Shown: in pieces, positions 11,001 through 23,565 of the stretch | Numbering within the stretch: the first letter of the stretch is position 1 | Layout of the letters: each line of letters opens with the position of its first letter | NCBI GenBank assembly: GCA_964016885.1 | Contig: OZ024743.1 | Span: 350,238,001-350,302,000, forward strand | DNA: 64,000 nt | From: Eledone cirrhosa | Taxonomy: Eukaryota | Reading direction: 5' to 3' | Made by a program: the position numbers and the translations under genes | The notes under the pieces: generated by a model | The model's input: the letters and a program-made list of their open reading frames with translations, nothing else | What the model was told of the DNA's origin: nothing | Database searches by the model: none

Positions 11001-13811
11001 AATGTGAAGTAGCATCTGTTGACACAGTGCCTGTTCTCACATCTCCAGTTATAGATTCTGTTGTACTTTCCCTTGTGATGACATCTGTTGTGAAATGTGT
11101 AGTAGCATCTGTTGTCACATCTTCAGTTATAGATTCTGTTGTACTTCCTGTTGTGATCTCATCTGTTGTGAAATGTGTAGTAGCATCTGTTGATACAGTG
11201 CCTGTTGTCACATCTCCAGTTATAGATTCTGGTGTACTTCCTGTTGGGATGTCATCTGTTGTGAAATTTGGAGTAGCATCTGTTGACACAGTGCCTGTTG
11301 TCACATCTCCAGTTATAGATTCTGTTGTACTTTCCCTTGTGATATCATCTGTTGTGAAATGTGTAGTAGCATCTGTTGACACGGTGCCTGTTGTCACATC
11401 TCCAGTTATAGATTCTGTTGTACGGTATGTTGTGATGTCATCTGTTGTGAAATGTGTAGTAGTATCTGTTGACACAGTGCCTGTTGTCACATCTCCAGTT
11501 ATAGATTGAGTTGTACTTCCTGTTGTGATGTCATCTGTTGTGAAATGTGAAGTAGCATCTGTTAACACAGTGCCTGTTGTCACATCTCCAGTTATAGATT
11601 CTGTTGTACTTTCCCTTGTGATGACATCTGTTGTGAAATGTGTAGTAGCATCTGTTGACACAGCATCTGTTGTCACATCTTCAGTTATAGATTCTGTTGT
11701 ACTTCCTGTTCTGATGTCATCTGTTGTGAAATGTGTAGTAGCATCTGTTGACACGGTGCCTGTTGTCACATCTCCAGTTATAGATTCTGGTGTACTTCCT
11801 GTTGTGATGTCATCTGTTGTGAAATTTGGAGTAGCATCTGTTGACACAGTGCCTGTTGTCACATCTCCAGTTATAGATTCTGTTGTACTTTCCCTTGTGA
11901 TGTCATCTGTTGTGAAGAGTGTAGTAGCATCTGTTGTCACATCTCCAGTTATAGTTTCTGTTGTACTTCCTGTTGTGATGTCATCTGTTGTGAAATGTGA
12001 AGTAGCATCTGTTGACACAGTGCCTGTTCTCACATCTCCAGTTATAGATTCTGTTGTACTTTCCCTTGTGATGACATCTGTTGTGAAATGTGTAGTAGCA
12101 TCTGTTGTCACATCTTCAGTTATAGATTCTGTTGTACTTCCTGTTGTGATCTCATCTGTTGTGAAATGTGTAGTAGCATCTGTTGATACAGTGCCTGTTG
12201 TCACATCTCCAGTTATAGATTCTGGTGTACTTCCTGTTGGGATGTCATCTGTTGTGAAATTTGGAGTAGCATCTGTTGACACAGTGCCTGTTGTCACATC
12301 TCCAGTTATAGATTCTGTTGTACTTTCCCTTGTGATATCATCTGTTGTGAAATGTGTAGTAGCATCTGTTGTCACATCTCCAGTTATAGATTCTGTTGTA
12401 CTTCCCGTTGTGATGTCATCTGTGGTGAAATGTGAAGTAACATCTGTTGATACAGTACCTGTTGTCACATCTCCAGTTATAGATTCTGTTGTACTTCCTG
12501 TTGTGATGTCATCTGTTGTGAAATGTGAAGTAGCATCTGTTGACACAGCGCCTGTTGTCTCATCTCCAATTATAGATTCTGTTGTATGGTCTGTTGTGAT
12601 GCCATCTGTTGTGAAATGTGAAGTAGCATCTGTTGACACAGTGCCTGTTGTCACATCTTCAGTTATAGATTCTGTTGTACTTTCTAATGTGATCTCATGT
12701 GTCGTGGTTGTATCTGATACTTTGACATCTGTTGTTACCACATATGTTGTATCATACGGTGTTGTTACATCTGGTGGTATTTCTGTGGTGTCTTTATTTG
12801 GAGTAAAATTAGTTATAACATATTTTGACGTATATCCACTAAAAGCATCTGTCTTGGTTGTATCTGATACTTTGACATCTGTTGTCACCACATCTGTTGT
12901 ATCATACGATGTCGTTACATCTGTTGGTATTTCTGTGGTGTCTTTATTTGGAGTAAAATTAGTTATAACATATGTTGACGTATCTCCACTAAAAGCATCT
13001 GTCTTGGTTGTATCTGATACTTTGACATCTGTTGTCACCACATCTGTTGTATCATACGATGTCGTTACATCTGTTGGTATTTCTGTGGTGTCTTTATGTG
13101 GAGTAAAATTAGTTATAACATGTGTTGACGTATCTCCACTAAAAGCATCTGTCGTGGTTGTATCTGATACTTTGACATCTGTTGTTACCACATCTGTTGT
13201 ATCACACGGTGTCGTTACATCTGTTGGTATTTCTGTGGTGTCTTTATGTGGAGTAAAATTAGTTATAACATGTGTTGACGTATCTCCAATAAAAGCATCT
13301 GTCGTGGTTGTATCTGATACTTTGACATCTGTTGTTACCACATCTGTTGTATTACACGGTGTCGTTACATCTGTTGGTATTTCTGTGGTGTCTTTATGTG
13401 GAGTAAAATTAGTTATAACATGTGTTGACGTATCTCCACTAAAAGCATCTGTCGTGGTTGTATCTGATACTTTGACATCTGTTGTCACCACATATGTTGT
13501 ATCATCCAGTGTCGTTACATCTGTTGGTATTTCTGTGGTGTCTTTATGTGGAGTAAGATTAGTTATAACATGTGTTGACGTATCTCCACTAAAAGCATCT
13601 GTCGTGGTTGTATCTGATACTTTGACATCTGTTGTTACCACATCTGTTGTATCACACGGTGTCGTTACATCTGTTGGTATTTCTGTGGTGTCTTCATTTG
13701 TAGTAAAATCATTTGTAACATATGTTGACGTATCTCCACTAAAAGCATCTGTTGTAGGCTTTGTCGTTGTTGTAGGCTCTGGACAAGTCGCCGAAATAAT
13801 GATTGGTGTAT
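8085..13811 (-). CDS. Mucin-like gene: 5727-nt Thr/Asp-rich tandem-repeat exon
   Basis: Within the 1860-aa ORF frame; catAG acceptor 13813-13812 and GTACGT donor 8084; length divisible by 3 (phase 1-1); 60-aa repeats followed by 31/24-aa repeats. Confidence 0.9.
8110..13750 (-). repeat. Coding minisatellite: 180-bp units (about 12700-13750) and 93/72-bp units (about 8110-12690) with 372- and 993-bp higher-order duplications
   Basis: Repeat units are read directly; diagnostic variants recur 372 bp (10144/10516) and 993 bp (10516/11509) apart. Confidence 0.9.
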
Positions 13812-15304
13812 CTATGAAAAATAGAATTCTATTACTGTATGCAAGAAATTAAAACGAAATAGGCATAGGCCTAGATTAAGAAGTATCTCAAGGTAAATTC
13901 ACTAAGATTGAAATTTTTGCTACTGCATTACGGCCGACTGATATAATTGTAACTAAAGGTGAAAACTCTAATAAAATAAAACAACTAGTGTCAAATGTCT
14001 TTGGATGTGTTGGAGTCGGTTCATTAGGTATCAGAAAAAATATGGCATATGGAATAAATAAAAGTGGTCAACATGCCAGCAGAAATTGATGTTTGCTTAC
14101 AGGCAGGTACTAGCCAACCAGGTAGAAATAGATTCGAAATAGAAATAGCGAGGTACAAGCGCTGTGAAAAGAAAATTCGGCATGTACCAGGATAGAGCTC
14201 TTGAACAAAACAGATCAAAGAATCCAGAAGCCACCCTGACTTTATTAATCTAATAGTTAGCATACAACGTTTCGTTACAGTAGAAGATAGAAAGCTAAAT
14301 TGTCACATATCTGATGTCAGCAATTACGCAAGGGCTTTCTGTCCTCTTTGTTTGGATGATTTGGCCTGTGCGATTTACGTACATATACCAGACATGTTCA
14401 TCGACGTCTTGGCAGATGCAGTAGAATTCTAAGTTCGGTTAAAGAGGTTGTGTAGTTGAGAAAAGAAGTAAACAATGGAGCTAGACCCACGTGAAAACGT
14501 CTCAAATAGAACACTACTAAATGCAGATTTTAAAATTGTGGCGGTGTTAGCAAAAAGAGTGACTTTTGTCATCAATAATAGGGTAGGAGAAATGGAACTA
14601 CACGAATTCCATAGATTTCTGTTTTAAAAAAAACACTACCTCATGCCATATATAGTAGAAATGGTAGGTAATATACCTCGAGTCAATGATGGGGGGGGGG
14701 GGGGGGGTCTGATTCAATACATGAATCTACATGTTGCATTAAGTTCTAATCGTATTTGGTTTTCTTCTCCCTTGTTTCTATATACGTACAAATACGAGGT
14801 ATTTAACGAATGTTTAAGCGTCTTGGACTATTAGGTAAATAAAAATCAAATAAGAAATAGAATAGTTGTTGTAACCTGTGGTCACGTATTCGGGGAAATG
14901 TTTAGATTTTTGTAATTAAATGCCCTAACCACGGCTTTCCGTATCATATTTCAATACTTCAATAAATATTGCGTGGAATGTAACTTAGTAAAAAATCAGA
15001 AATACTACAGTCTATTAAATAGGACCCAGTGTAAATATAGGTTACTTAATGATTCAACCATAGTATGTAGTGTGGTGATGCAAAACCCTGAAAGGTAATT
15101 AGTGCAGCCCTGTACCGTTTAATAGCACAACATAACTTTACCGAAGAGTAAATATTAATTAGACAATTTATATGCACGCAAATGATAAGCCATGCTACAT
15201 ATTCCAATATTGCTAACCTCCTTGTATGAAAGTTAAATATTCAACACGATATACAATTAATATGTGTCTTACAGAATCTTGAATGAATAATAGTAAAAAC
15301 TTAC

Positions 15305-15339
15305 ATGTTAACAGCGAAAGAATGAAGACTGCACAAAAC
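15305..15339 (-). CDS. Mucin-like gene: signal-peptide exon (..FCAVFILSLLT)
   Basis: ttttcAG acceptor at 15341-15340 and GTAAGT donor at 15304; 35 nt, phase 2->1; splices in frame to the large exon giving FCAVFILSLLTYTPIIISA-TCPEP, a typical signal peptide. Confidence 0.75.
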
Positions 15340-15595
15340 CTGAAAATATATAAAACAAAAGACAATCATGCTAACTGGAGAAAGTACTATCACGATTTAC
15401 ATTTGTTGTTTGCACAGTTGAAGTCCCATTACATTTTCGAAACGAGCCAAAGATGTATATCTCTCAAATGTCTTTTGTTTTTCCCAGCGGTATTAGGATC
15501 GCAATTGGGATACATTCTATTCTATTGGAAATGAATTTGAGTTGCAGTTTCTACTCTTCAAGTGTTTTTACGGTCACTGCAATCGCGTTATATGT

Positions 15596-15916
15596 CTATT
15601 TGGGTATGGCGTCTTCAATTGAATCTAACTCAGAATACTTCTTCTCCTTCTTCGCCCAATTATTCCTGAGGCGGTCTTGGGGGAGAGTCCTCAAATACTT
15701 ATTCCAGCGGTTCCTGTCAGACGCAACCATCTCCAATTGATCCGGGTGGATCCCCAGGTAGGACCAGCCGTTCTCATGGATGTTATCCAACCACTTTGCT
15801 CGGGGTTTACCCTGAGTCTCCTGCCGCTTTATTTTACCCGTAAAGTCTGTCCAGCGATTTTTTTCCTGAGATATTCTAACCACATGCCTGTAATATCGGA
15901 GCTGTAAACCTCTCAA
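15596..15916 (-). mobile_element. RTE-like LINE 3' fragment
   Basis: QLRYYRHVVR..GKI....GKPRAKWLDNI...ASDRNRW is a typical RTE C-terminal motif. Confidence 0.7.
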
Positions 15917-15934
15917 TTCGAAGAAATAGCGGCT

Positions 15935-17461
15935 GTGCCGGGAGTGAATCTCTCAAAAGCTACTCCTTTTAACTCCTCTTCAGAAAATTGTGATCTTTGT
16001 ATAGAGGAAACATTCTTTATATTAAAGACCAAAAATTCCCTGAACCTAAGGAACAATTTATTCAGTTGCTGTAGACATAGATTGAACTCAACGTTTAAAT
16101 ATAAATTTAAAATGTAATATATAATTAATTAATTAATTCTATTAATATATTGAACCTATCGATAAATCATTATATTCCTTCATGTTTTGACTGCTTATAC
16201 ACTCAACTAAAAATAACTTTTCTTCCTAAATATAAATAAACATAATAAACTCTTCTAGAGAAATAAACTGAAAGCTCTTAAAAGGGGAAAATATTTTTTG
16301 ATAGTTTCTCCTATTTTCGAAAGTTTATCTTTTGAAAGTTTCTTTTTCTTTCTCTTATGGATATAAAATTAAGTTAGATATACGTAGAACATTTTTATAC
16401 TAAATTTATTAAACATATTATTTTAAAATTATAACTTGAAATATTCTATAATATTTTTAAAGTTATATTGTTTTAAAGTTATATTGCTTATAATTATGTT
16501 TCCAAATCGTAATATAATTCTTTTGTATTTTATGTACTTCAATTATACTATGTACTGTATTTATATATACTTCTCTCTATATATGTCTGTATATATGTAT
16601 GTGTGTATTTATATACATGTTTTATGCGTGTATGTCTATCTGTATGTATATATATATATGTGATGCATATCTACCTATTTGTGTGGGTACACATATATGT
16701 ATGTATATGTGTGAATTGTGTATGTATATATATGTGTATATACATACAATTCGATTGCACTTATTTATAGAGATTATCCCAAGGTTCGTGACAAATAAAC
16801 ATATAATAACAGTCATAACTACATAGGTAATCTTATAAAACGTATATAAAACAAATTTTGTATAATAACATAAAGTGTGTATAAAATTTCCTTTAATATC
16901 TTAACAATTGTAACATTTATATAACTAAATAACGTAATTTTCCTTCACGCTGCTTTGATATTACATTGAAATGATTTTCTCTGATTTTATAAGATTCCTA
17001 TATCTTAAATTAAAAAAATCCTTTATATTTTGTATGTATATATTATATACGTAATTAGATATGTATATATATTTTTATACGTGTGTATATATATTTATAT
17101 GTATGTATTTTTGTGTGTGTATATGTGTTATATTCTTCTTATAATATATAGATGTTTAATAATATATAGTCTTAATAATAATATAAAGATTTCTTAATAT
17201 ATAGATCTCAATTTTTAATGTATTGATCTCAATATTTTAACTGACTAACTAAACATTTAATCATATTTAAACAATGGTTAAATTTCTCATATTATATATG
17301 TATCTTCCATTCATGATTATTACCATTTCTAATTTTATTTATTCATTTCATCTCAAATGTTAAGATAAATCAACAAGATATGACTTAGAGTTTTCGCTCT
17401 CTCTCTCCTTTCTCTTTCTCCTCTCTCTCTTTATATTTCTTTTTTTCTCTCTGTTCTTCTG

Positions 17462-17492
<31 letters not shown>

Positions 17493-17720
17493 TCTCCGTA
17501 ACCCAACGGCTTATTTAAAAATATCCAATACTAACTTACCTAATAGTATAATTAAAGATATAACTCCACTATCCGGGAGCTTCCAACAGTAATGGTTGCA
17601 TTCTTTAAGGGTATGTCAATATTTATTTATAAAACTGCTCTATATTATATTTTATCTGATGAAAGCACACCATAATTTAACTTGGTGTCCTTGAAATATG
17701 TATAATGAAATAAATATGGT
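15935..17720 (+). mobile_element. Penelope-like 3' remnant (endonuclease C-terminus, AT-rich UTR, HHR)
   Basis: PFNSSSENCDLCIEE...LNLRNNLFSCCRHR tail motif; HHR at 17649-17711 on the same strand; linkage of the two is inferred. Confidence 0.5.
17649..17711 (+). ncRNA. Type I hammerhead ribozyme motif
   Basis: ATTTTAT-CTGATGA-AAGCACACC..GGTGTCCTT-GAA-ATATGTAT-A^ATGAAAT. Confidence 0.75.
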
Positions 17721-17865
17721 TTTATAAATATAGTTTCCATTTGTTAATATCGTATTTTTACTCCAATTAATTGTTGAGTGCTTTATATCAATTATAAAAA
17801 TATTCGCTTGTTGTATCCCAACAATTTAAATAGAACTTTTACATATATATATATATATATATATA

Positions 17866-17963
17866 TATTACTTCAAAATATTAATAAATATAGACATTCA
17901 TGTGATCAAATAAAATATATTTGATGACATGAATGTCTATATTTATTAATATTTTGAAGTAAT
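17866..17963. repeat. About 98-bp near-perfect palindrome next to (TA)n
   Basis: tattacttcaaaatattaataaatatagacattcatgt...acatgaatgtctatatttattaatattttgaagtaata. Confidence 0.8.
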
Positions 17964-18149
17964 ATTAATAGCTCCAGAAAACCTTCTTGTAGAGGCTTAT
18001 AATCTCTTGTACAACTTTATTCATTGATGAATTCATTGAACCTTGTTAAACTTTTAATCCTTATATATATATATTCAGAGAGAGATTATACCTGTTTTAC
18101 ACTACTGAGGACATTATTCAGCAGAGTACTCGATACCTGGGATAGTAAA

Positions 18150-19570
18150 GTGTAAATATTTGAATCGGGGCTCGACGGCTGAGTACTTGCTGTTACGATA
18201 GCAAATTCCAAACTGGAGATATATCTCCCTACTGTGAATAAACCGTCATATCAGAAGGACGTGTCCTTGGGTGATTGACGTGTGTAGTAAGTGGTTAGGT
18301 GATCAAGAAAAGGATATTGTCCCTTTGAAGGCCGTTATTGTAGATTCTAGAATATCCAAATCCGAAGTGATAAATGACAGATACGGAAAGGCCGAATTCC
18401 AGAACGCTGTATTCAGCACCCATCCCATCTTGTCCGGTGATCGGCTAATATTCAAAGACGCCGCCTGCATTCGGCTCTCCAATTCTCATGACAGCCACGA
18501 GAGAGTGTCTGGAGACCAAGCACGCATACATGTCCCGAATGGCAGAAAAGCAGCGCTTCATTGACGCTCACTCAGCGCTCTTCCTCTTGAGGAACTGATT
18601 CGCCTTCCCCAAATTCTTGTTCACGCTGCATGGTGAACTTGTCAATCCCATGCAGATCATCTCGGTGAACGTGACGCCACCATCCGACGCTGTGCTGAAT
18701 TCATCTGCAATGTCAATTTCGATAGCGCCGACTGACAACAGGCGAAACACACGGCGAGATTCGGTGGCCTCGGCCTCCAATCCCCTTCGGTCTATCTTTC
18801 CTCAATCTCCACCACTTTCACTCTCGTCAGTAGGGTCCACAGCAAGACAGCCAAACATGACATAGCCCTACAGCTCGAGCAGATTCTGACTGGCTGGACA
18901 GTCAAAGGCTTCTTTGTTCCCCAATATGCAAATGTCTAACATAACTGGCACGACCATCAAAGGCAGGTATTTCTTCAGGTGAATCGAGTCTGGCTTAGAT
19001 CAATACCACCTCGCCTACCTCTGATCCGCTTCACAGCCAAACAGAGGTGCGTGGCTCAGTTCGGTGCCTTCATCAACCGATACCCTTCTTGATGATGTGT
19101 GCACTCGAATCGGTGTCATCCAATGATTCGGCTTCCGCGTGTGTGAGCCACATAAATTCCGTTATGGGGTTGTGGTTGACAAGTTTGGCATGCACCCACT
19201 GTCTTGCTGCCAGAGCTCAGACCGGTTCCCCCGACACGCCGTTCTCAACGACATATTGAGAAGGAGCCTGGATGCAACTCGCTGGAAACAGCAGGCCTCG
19301 ACCACAGAGAAAACAAGCACCTCGGCGGAAATAGCCTCATCCCATTCAAAAGAGGTAGATCCCTCATCTGTGACGCCACACTCTGTGTCACGTTCTCAGC
19401 TTCCAACTTATCGCTTCGGCCACAAACCTCAGTAGTGCGACCCACAATGCAGAGGACAGGAAAACAACAAATACCGGGGATTGTCCGGCCGTTTCCTATT
19501 CGCATTGTTGCGCTGGTTCCGATAATTGCCGAAGGAACGGTTCCAGAAAGAATTAAATGTTTTGCATAAG
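18150..19570 (+). mobile_element. Decayed CRE-like non-LTR retrotransposon 3' part (restriction-like endonuclease)
   Basis: Frameshifted GMHPLSCCQSSDRFPRHAVLNDILRRSL / LETAGLDHRENKHLGGNSLIPFKRGRSLICDAT; matches the CRE RLE pattern HxLSC..RH..EPxGL..RPDG..PWxxG..WDxT. Confidence 0.7.
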
Positions 19571-20121
19571 CACTGTAAAGATGTTATTGCATTCAATGGA
19601 TATTATGTGATGCAGAATAAATAAATTTTAGTTTCAATATGTTGTGCATTCTAAAGACTTTATGGCCACGCCAAGAATTTTTTCTATTTTCAGGAATTGG
19701 TTGTGTGCGTGTGCGTGAGTGTGTATGCTTCATTGTCTATGTGCATGTGGGTTTGAAATACTACTGTTGGAATGGTGAAGAATCTTTTGTTTTGGATTTA
19801 TGAAGAATTGTCGAGGAAAACAATGTGTGTTTTTGCTGTCAACTCGAGTTATCTGTTTGTGCGCGTAGTAATCGCCATCAGTGCATTAGCACGCCGACAC
19901 ATAGACACCACACTCACACAAAAGTATACACAGATACCCTCCTCACACACGCACATGTACATACGTACCTATTTTGTATGCTCCGACATATGTCTACAGA
20001 ACCATTGACCTACCTGTTATATTTTTTGTTTTATTGTTTCGTTAAATGTTCACTATCCGGCGTGTCAGTACTGTAATGTTCGTTGTTTTGCACGTGTGTA
20101 GTTTTCGTTATCATGTTTATT

Positions 20122-20316
20122 GCGGTGGATTGGCAGTATCAGTAGAGGGTCGAACGCCATGCTTTCCAGCATAGTTACGTCCCTTTACGATCTGAGTTCA
20201 AATCTGAGTTCAAATCCCGCCGAGGTTGACTTTGCCTTTCATCCTTACGGGGTCGATAAAATAAAGTACCAGTAATGCACTGGGTAATTGCTGGCCTTGT
20301 GCCTAAAGTAGAAACA
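20122..20316 (+). mobile_element. tRNA-derived SINE (family A) with TSD
   Basis: A/B boxes; TSD gttat(c/t)atgtttatt at 20107 and 20317. Confidence 0.9.
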
Positions 20317-20668
20317 GTTATTATGTTTATTGCATTTTTGGCTGGGTGTAGGGGGGAGTGTAGTGCTAAAATATGTTTGTGATTTTACTGGTTTATTTCA
20401 GTATTTGCGCAGTGAAAGTTTTAAAGTTAAAATTGGTTTGTGCGAGGGGGGTCGGCTACAACGTTCATAGGCTGGAATGTCATCAAAGGAGGTTGGTTTT
20501 CCAACATAGAACCTTTGTGATCCACACATTTCTTCCACTGGTGTTATAGTGTTAGGATCCCATTGATGAAGAAGATTTAAACCTATTGGTAGAAGTCAGC
20601 AATAGTAGATAAGACGTTTTGTTTTTGAGGACCATTGTCACTCGTTCGTTCAACAGTAGCATCGAACA

Positions 20669-20711
20669 ACAGTCAACATGTTTCTGGGTTATTACCCTTC
20701 GTCAGGACTGT
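20669..20711 (-). ncRNA. Minimal type I hammerhead ribozyme motif
   Basis: ACAGTC-CTGACGA-aGGGT aata ACCCa-GAA-ACATGT-T^GACTGT. Confidence 0.8.
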
Positions 20712-20844
20712 ACGTCTCTGATACCCGTTGGAACTGTTGAAAGCGAATCGAATATTACTATAATTCGATATTAACCCCATAATTACCAATAATACCAACA
20801 CCCACTCTACCACACACACATATACACACACTCATATCCAAACA

Positions 20845-20875
<31 letters not shown>

Positions 20876-21356
20876 CAGTACATTACACTGCCCCTACTGT
20901 CCCCACCACCTTCTTTCACCCTCTCTCTCTCTCCCCGCATTACCAACACCCACTCCCACACACATCCCACTAACACCTCCATTAATATACACACTACCCC
21001 CCCCCACACACACACACACCGCTACCCTCTCCCTCAACCTTTCACGCATACCCATCCCCTCTCCTGTCCACCGCACCTCCGCACACACATTCACACATTC
21101 CAAACCACGTACAGACCATCTCTAACACCTGTCAGCCCCCTCCCTACTTTGCCTGCTATCTCCTTCCTTCCTCCCACCGCCTTCGCACTGCCTTGACCCT
21201 CTGATCACTTCCTGTTGCGCGCGCACCCCACAACCATCCAGTTCCTCACTACTATACCAAAGATTTTACACCACCGGTCCACCGCTCCAGACATTCACCC
21301 TGCTACACTCGGAATTTTCAACATCCGTTCCTAGAGTCCGTGGAAAAACATCCAGG

Positions 21357-21389
<33 letters not shown>

Positions 21390-21618
21390 TTTTCGCACAA
21401 CGCAACCATTCATCCACACCACACAAGCACACACACACACACACGTGCGTATACTCACTTACACACACTCAGCCTCCGGACTCCACACGCCCCCTCTGAC
21501 TCCTCTCCATCCACACGCACACACACACCGACTTACACCCCACTCCCATGTACACACCGGTTTCCCTATTACTCGAACATGGAACCTCGTTCTTCCCCCC
21601 AACTCTCACATTCACATC

Positions 21619-21686
<68 letters not shown>

Positions 21687-22009
21687 CATACATACACACA
21701 CCACCTTCAGCCCTCCCCGCTCGAACTCCCCGTCTCCCTCTCTCCCTCCATCTACCCACCACCACCCCTACACGCCTCACACCCTTTCACCATTTGTTTC
21801 ATTTTAATTTTTTTTACCCACTAAAATAATTTTATATATATTCAAGGGATAACAGAATATCATTATAGGTAATCCAGTTAGAGGTTGTGAATACTTCTTA
21901 TTATGGATAGTTTTAGCGTACGGCTTTGTTTGACTCAACAAGAGGTTTACGTAGATGGCGAGTTTATGATTTAACTTGTATTCCTATGTAAGTTTATCTT
22001 GGAGTAATA

Positions 22010-22258
22010 AAATTGAAAACACGTGAAGAATAACATGGTCAACAGTACAAAAAAGGGCAATTTATTTACAGTCTAACAATTGTTTCTCTGATTGAGTTGT
22101 CTAAAAATTGCTGAACACTAGAAGCAGTGCCATTCAATTTTAAATACGATGCTAGCTCAATCATATAACTAACAACTCAATCAGAGAAACAATTGTTAGA
22201 CTGTAAATAAATTCCTCTTTTTGTACTGTTGACAATGTTATTCTTCACTTTTTCAATT
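22010..22258. repeat. Inverted repeat (about 90-bp arms) containing hammerhead 3' halves
   Basis: Arms 22010-22100 and 22172-22258 are reverse complements; each contains GAAACAATTGTTAGAC. Confidence 0.75.
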
Positions 22259-22266
22259 ATATATAA

Positions 22267-22379
<113 letters not shown>

Positions 22380-22497
22380 ATGTTAGCTATGATGCTTCCA
22401 TAGGTGGTATGCCGGTTGAGCACTCTGTGTTCTTACAGAGCAGAGTGTGATATAATATAAAACGAAAAATCAGTGATGCATCTGGACTCAATTTATC

Positions 22498-22588
22498 GTG
22501 TCTTACAATTGTTTCGCCGGCAGACAGCTCGAGACACGATCATTGTATGGATCTGTCTGATTCTGGAAACTGCAGGTTCTTCGGACAC
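22498..22588 (-). ncRNA. Hammerhead-like motif with CCGAAGA core and long stem II
   Basis: GTGT-CCGAAGA-ACCTGCAG...CTGCCGGC-GAA-ACAATTGT-A^AGACAC. Confidence 0.55.
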
Positions 22589-22976
22589 TGACAATAATTC
22601 CGGATCAAAATTTCTCACTTGGGTGTTAGCGTCAAAAGACATCTTCCTCGCTTGTCCTGCTGTTGGCTGTTGTTTTTCTACGTCATCATAAATTCTGGCC
22701 AATAGTTGCAGTCAGGCTGTCCATCAACTACCCTCTGGCTGACACACTTCAATAAATTCATGGTGGGTTTGGTATTTCACAAATCCGCTCGCACGCACAT
22801 AAACACATATACGCACACACATACACATATACACATACACACAAAAATATATACATACCCACATACATACACATATATACCTATTTCATTTGCACCGTTT
22901 CCTCTCACCCCCTTTTTGCTATATGTCTCTCCACCACTCCCCTACACACCCTTTGAACTCTCTTCCCACACACTTT

Positions 22977-23010
22977 TCACCTGAAGAAGGGCTTATGCCC
23001 GAAACGTCGT
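22977..23010 (+). ncRNA. Minimal Penelope-type hammerhead motif in a pLTR fragment (about 22880-23100)
   Basis: AC-CTGAAGA-aGGGC ttat GCCC-GAAACGTC^GT; stem I only 2 bp. Confidence 0.65.
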
Positions 23011-23321
23011 TCCCCACCACCACTCCACTCTCAAGAGCGTGAAACTAATAAACCTTTGTTCGTACTGCCTCTCTGTTTTGTTCCCGTTCAATTTTTCACT
23101 ATATATATATATATATTTCGTTTCTGAATTTGTTTAGCAAGATTCTTTATCTGAAATCGTGTGTTGAAACCGATATTGTTATACTTTGGAAGGGTCATGT
23201 TGCCAATAAGAAACACACGCACCAGTTGCTTTCACTTCAATTTATTGTAATAAATTTATAATAAATTTATAAATTTCTGGTTGGTTGGTTGGTTCCACAA
23301 CCAGATAGTTGTTTATATATT

Positions 23322-23364
23322 GTCATAGTTCTTTCGTCACACACTCTGTGACCTCTTCAGTGAC
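23322..23364 (-). ncRNA. Minimal hammerhead in Penelope 3' pLTR
   Basis: GTCA-CTGAAGA-gGTCACA gagtg TGTGAC-GAAA-GAAC-TA^TGAC. Confidence 0.8.
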
Positions 23365-23565
23365 TGGGGATTCCTTTCTTTGTTTCTGTGCCTCTCCTTT
23401 GTTCTGTCCTACGCCATTTTGTTTCTGTGTGTGTGTTGTGTGCTCAGTCTGCGCATGCGCCACATCCGGGTGTCTGCGTGTGTTTATGTTCATTTATTTA
23501 TTTGTTTATTTACATGTTACTGGTTGGTTGTTTGTTCTATGTGTGTGTGTGTTTTCATTTTGTCC

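Noticed and set aside
8110-12690. CRISPR-like regular repeat array
   Set aside because: No unique spacers; it is a codon-phase coding minisatellite in eukaryotic DNA.
8075-13852. Long Val/Ser-rich plus-strand ORFs (up to 775 aa)
   Set aside because: Antisense shadow of the Thr-rich mucin repeat; interrupted by stops and lacking splice context.
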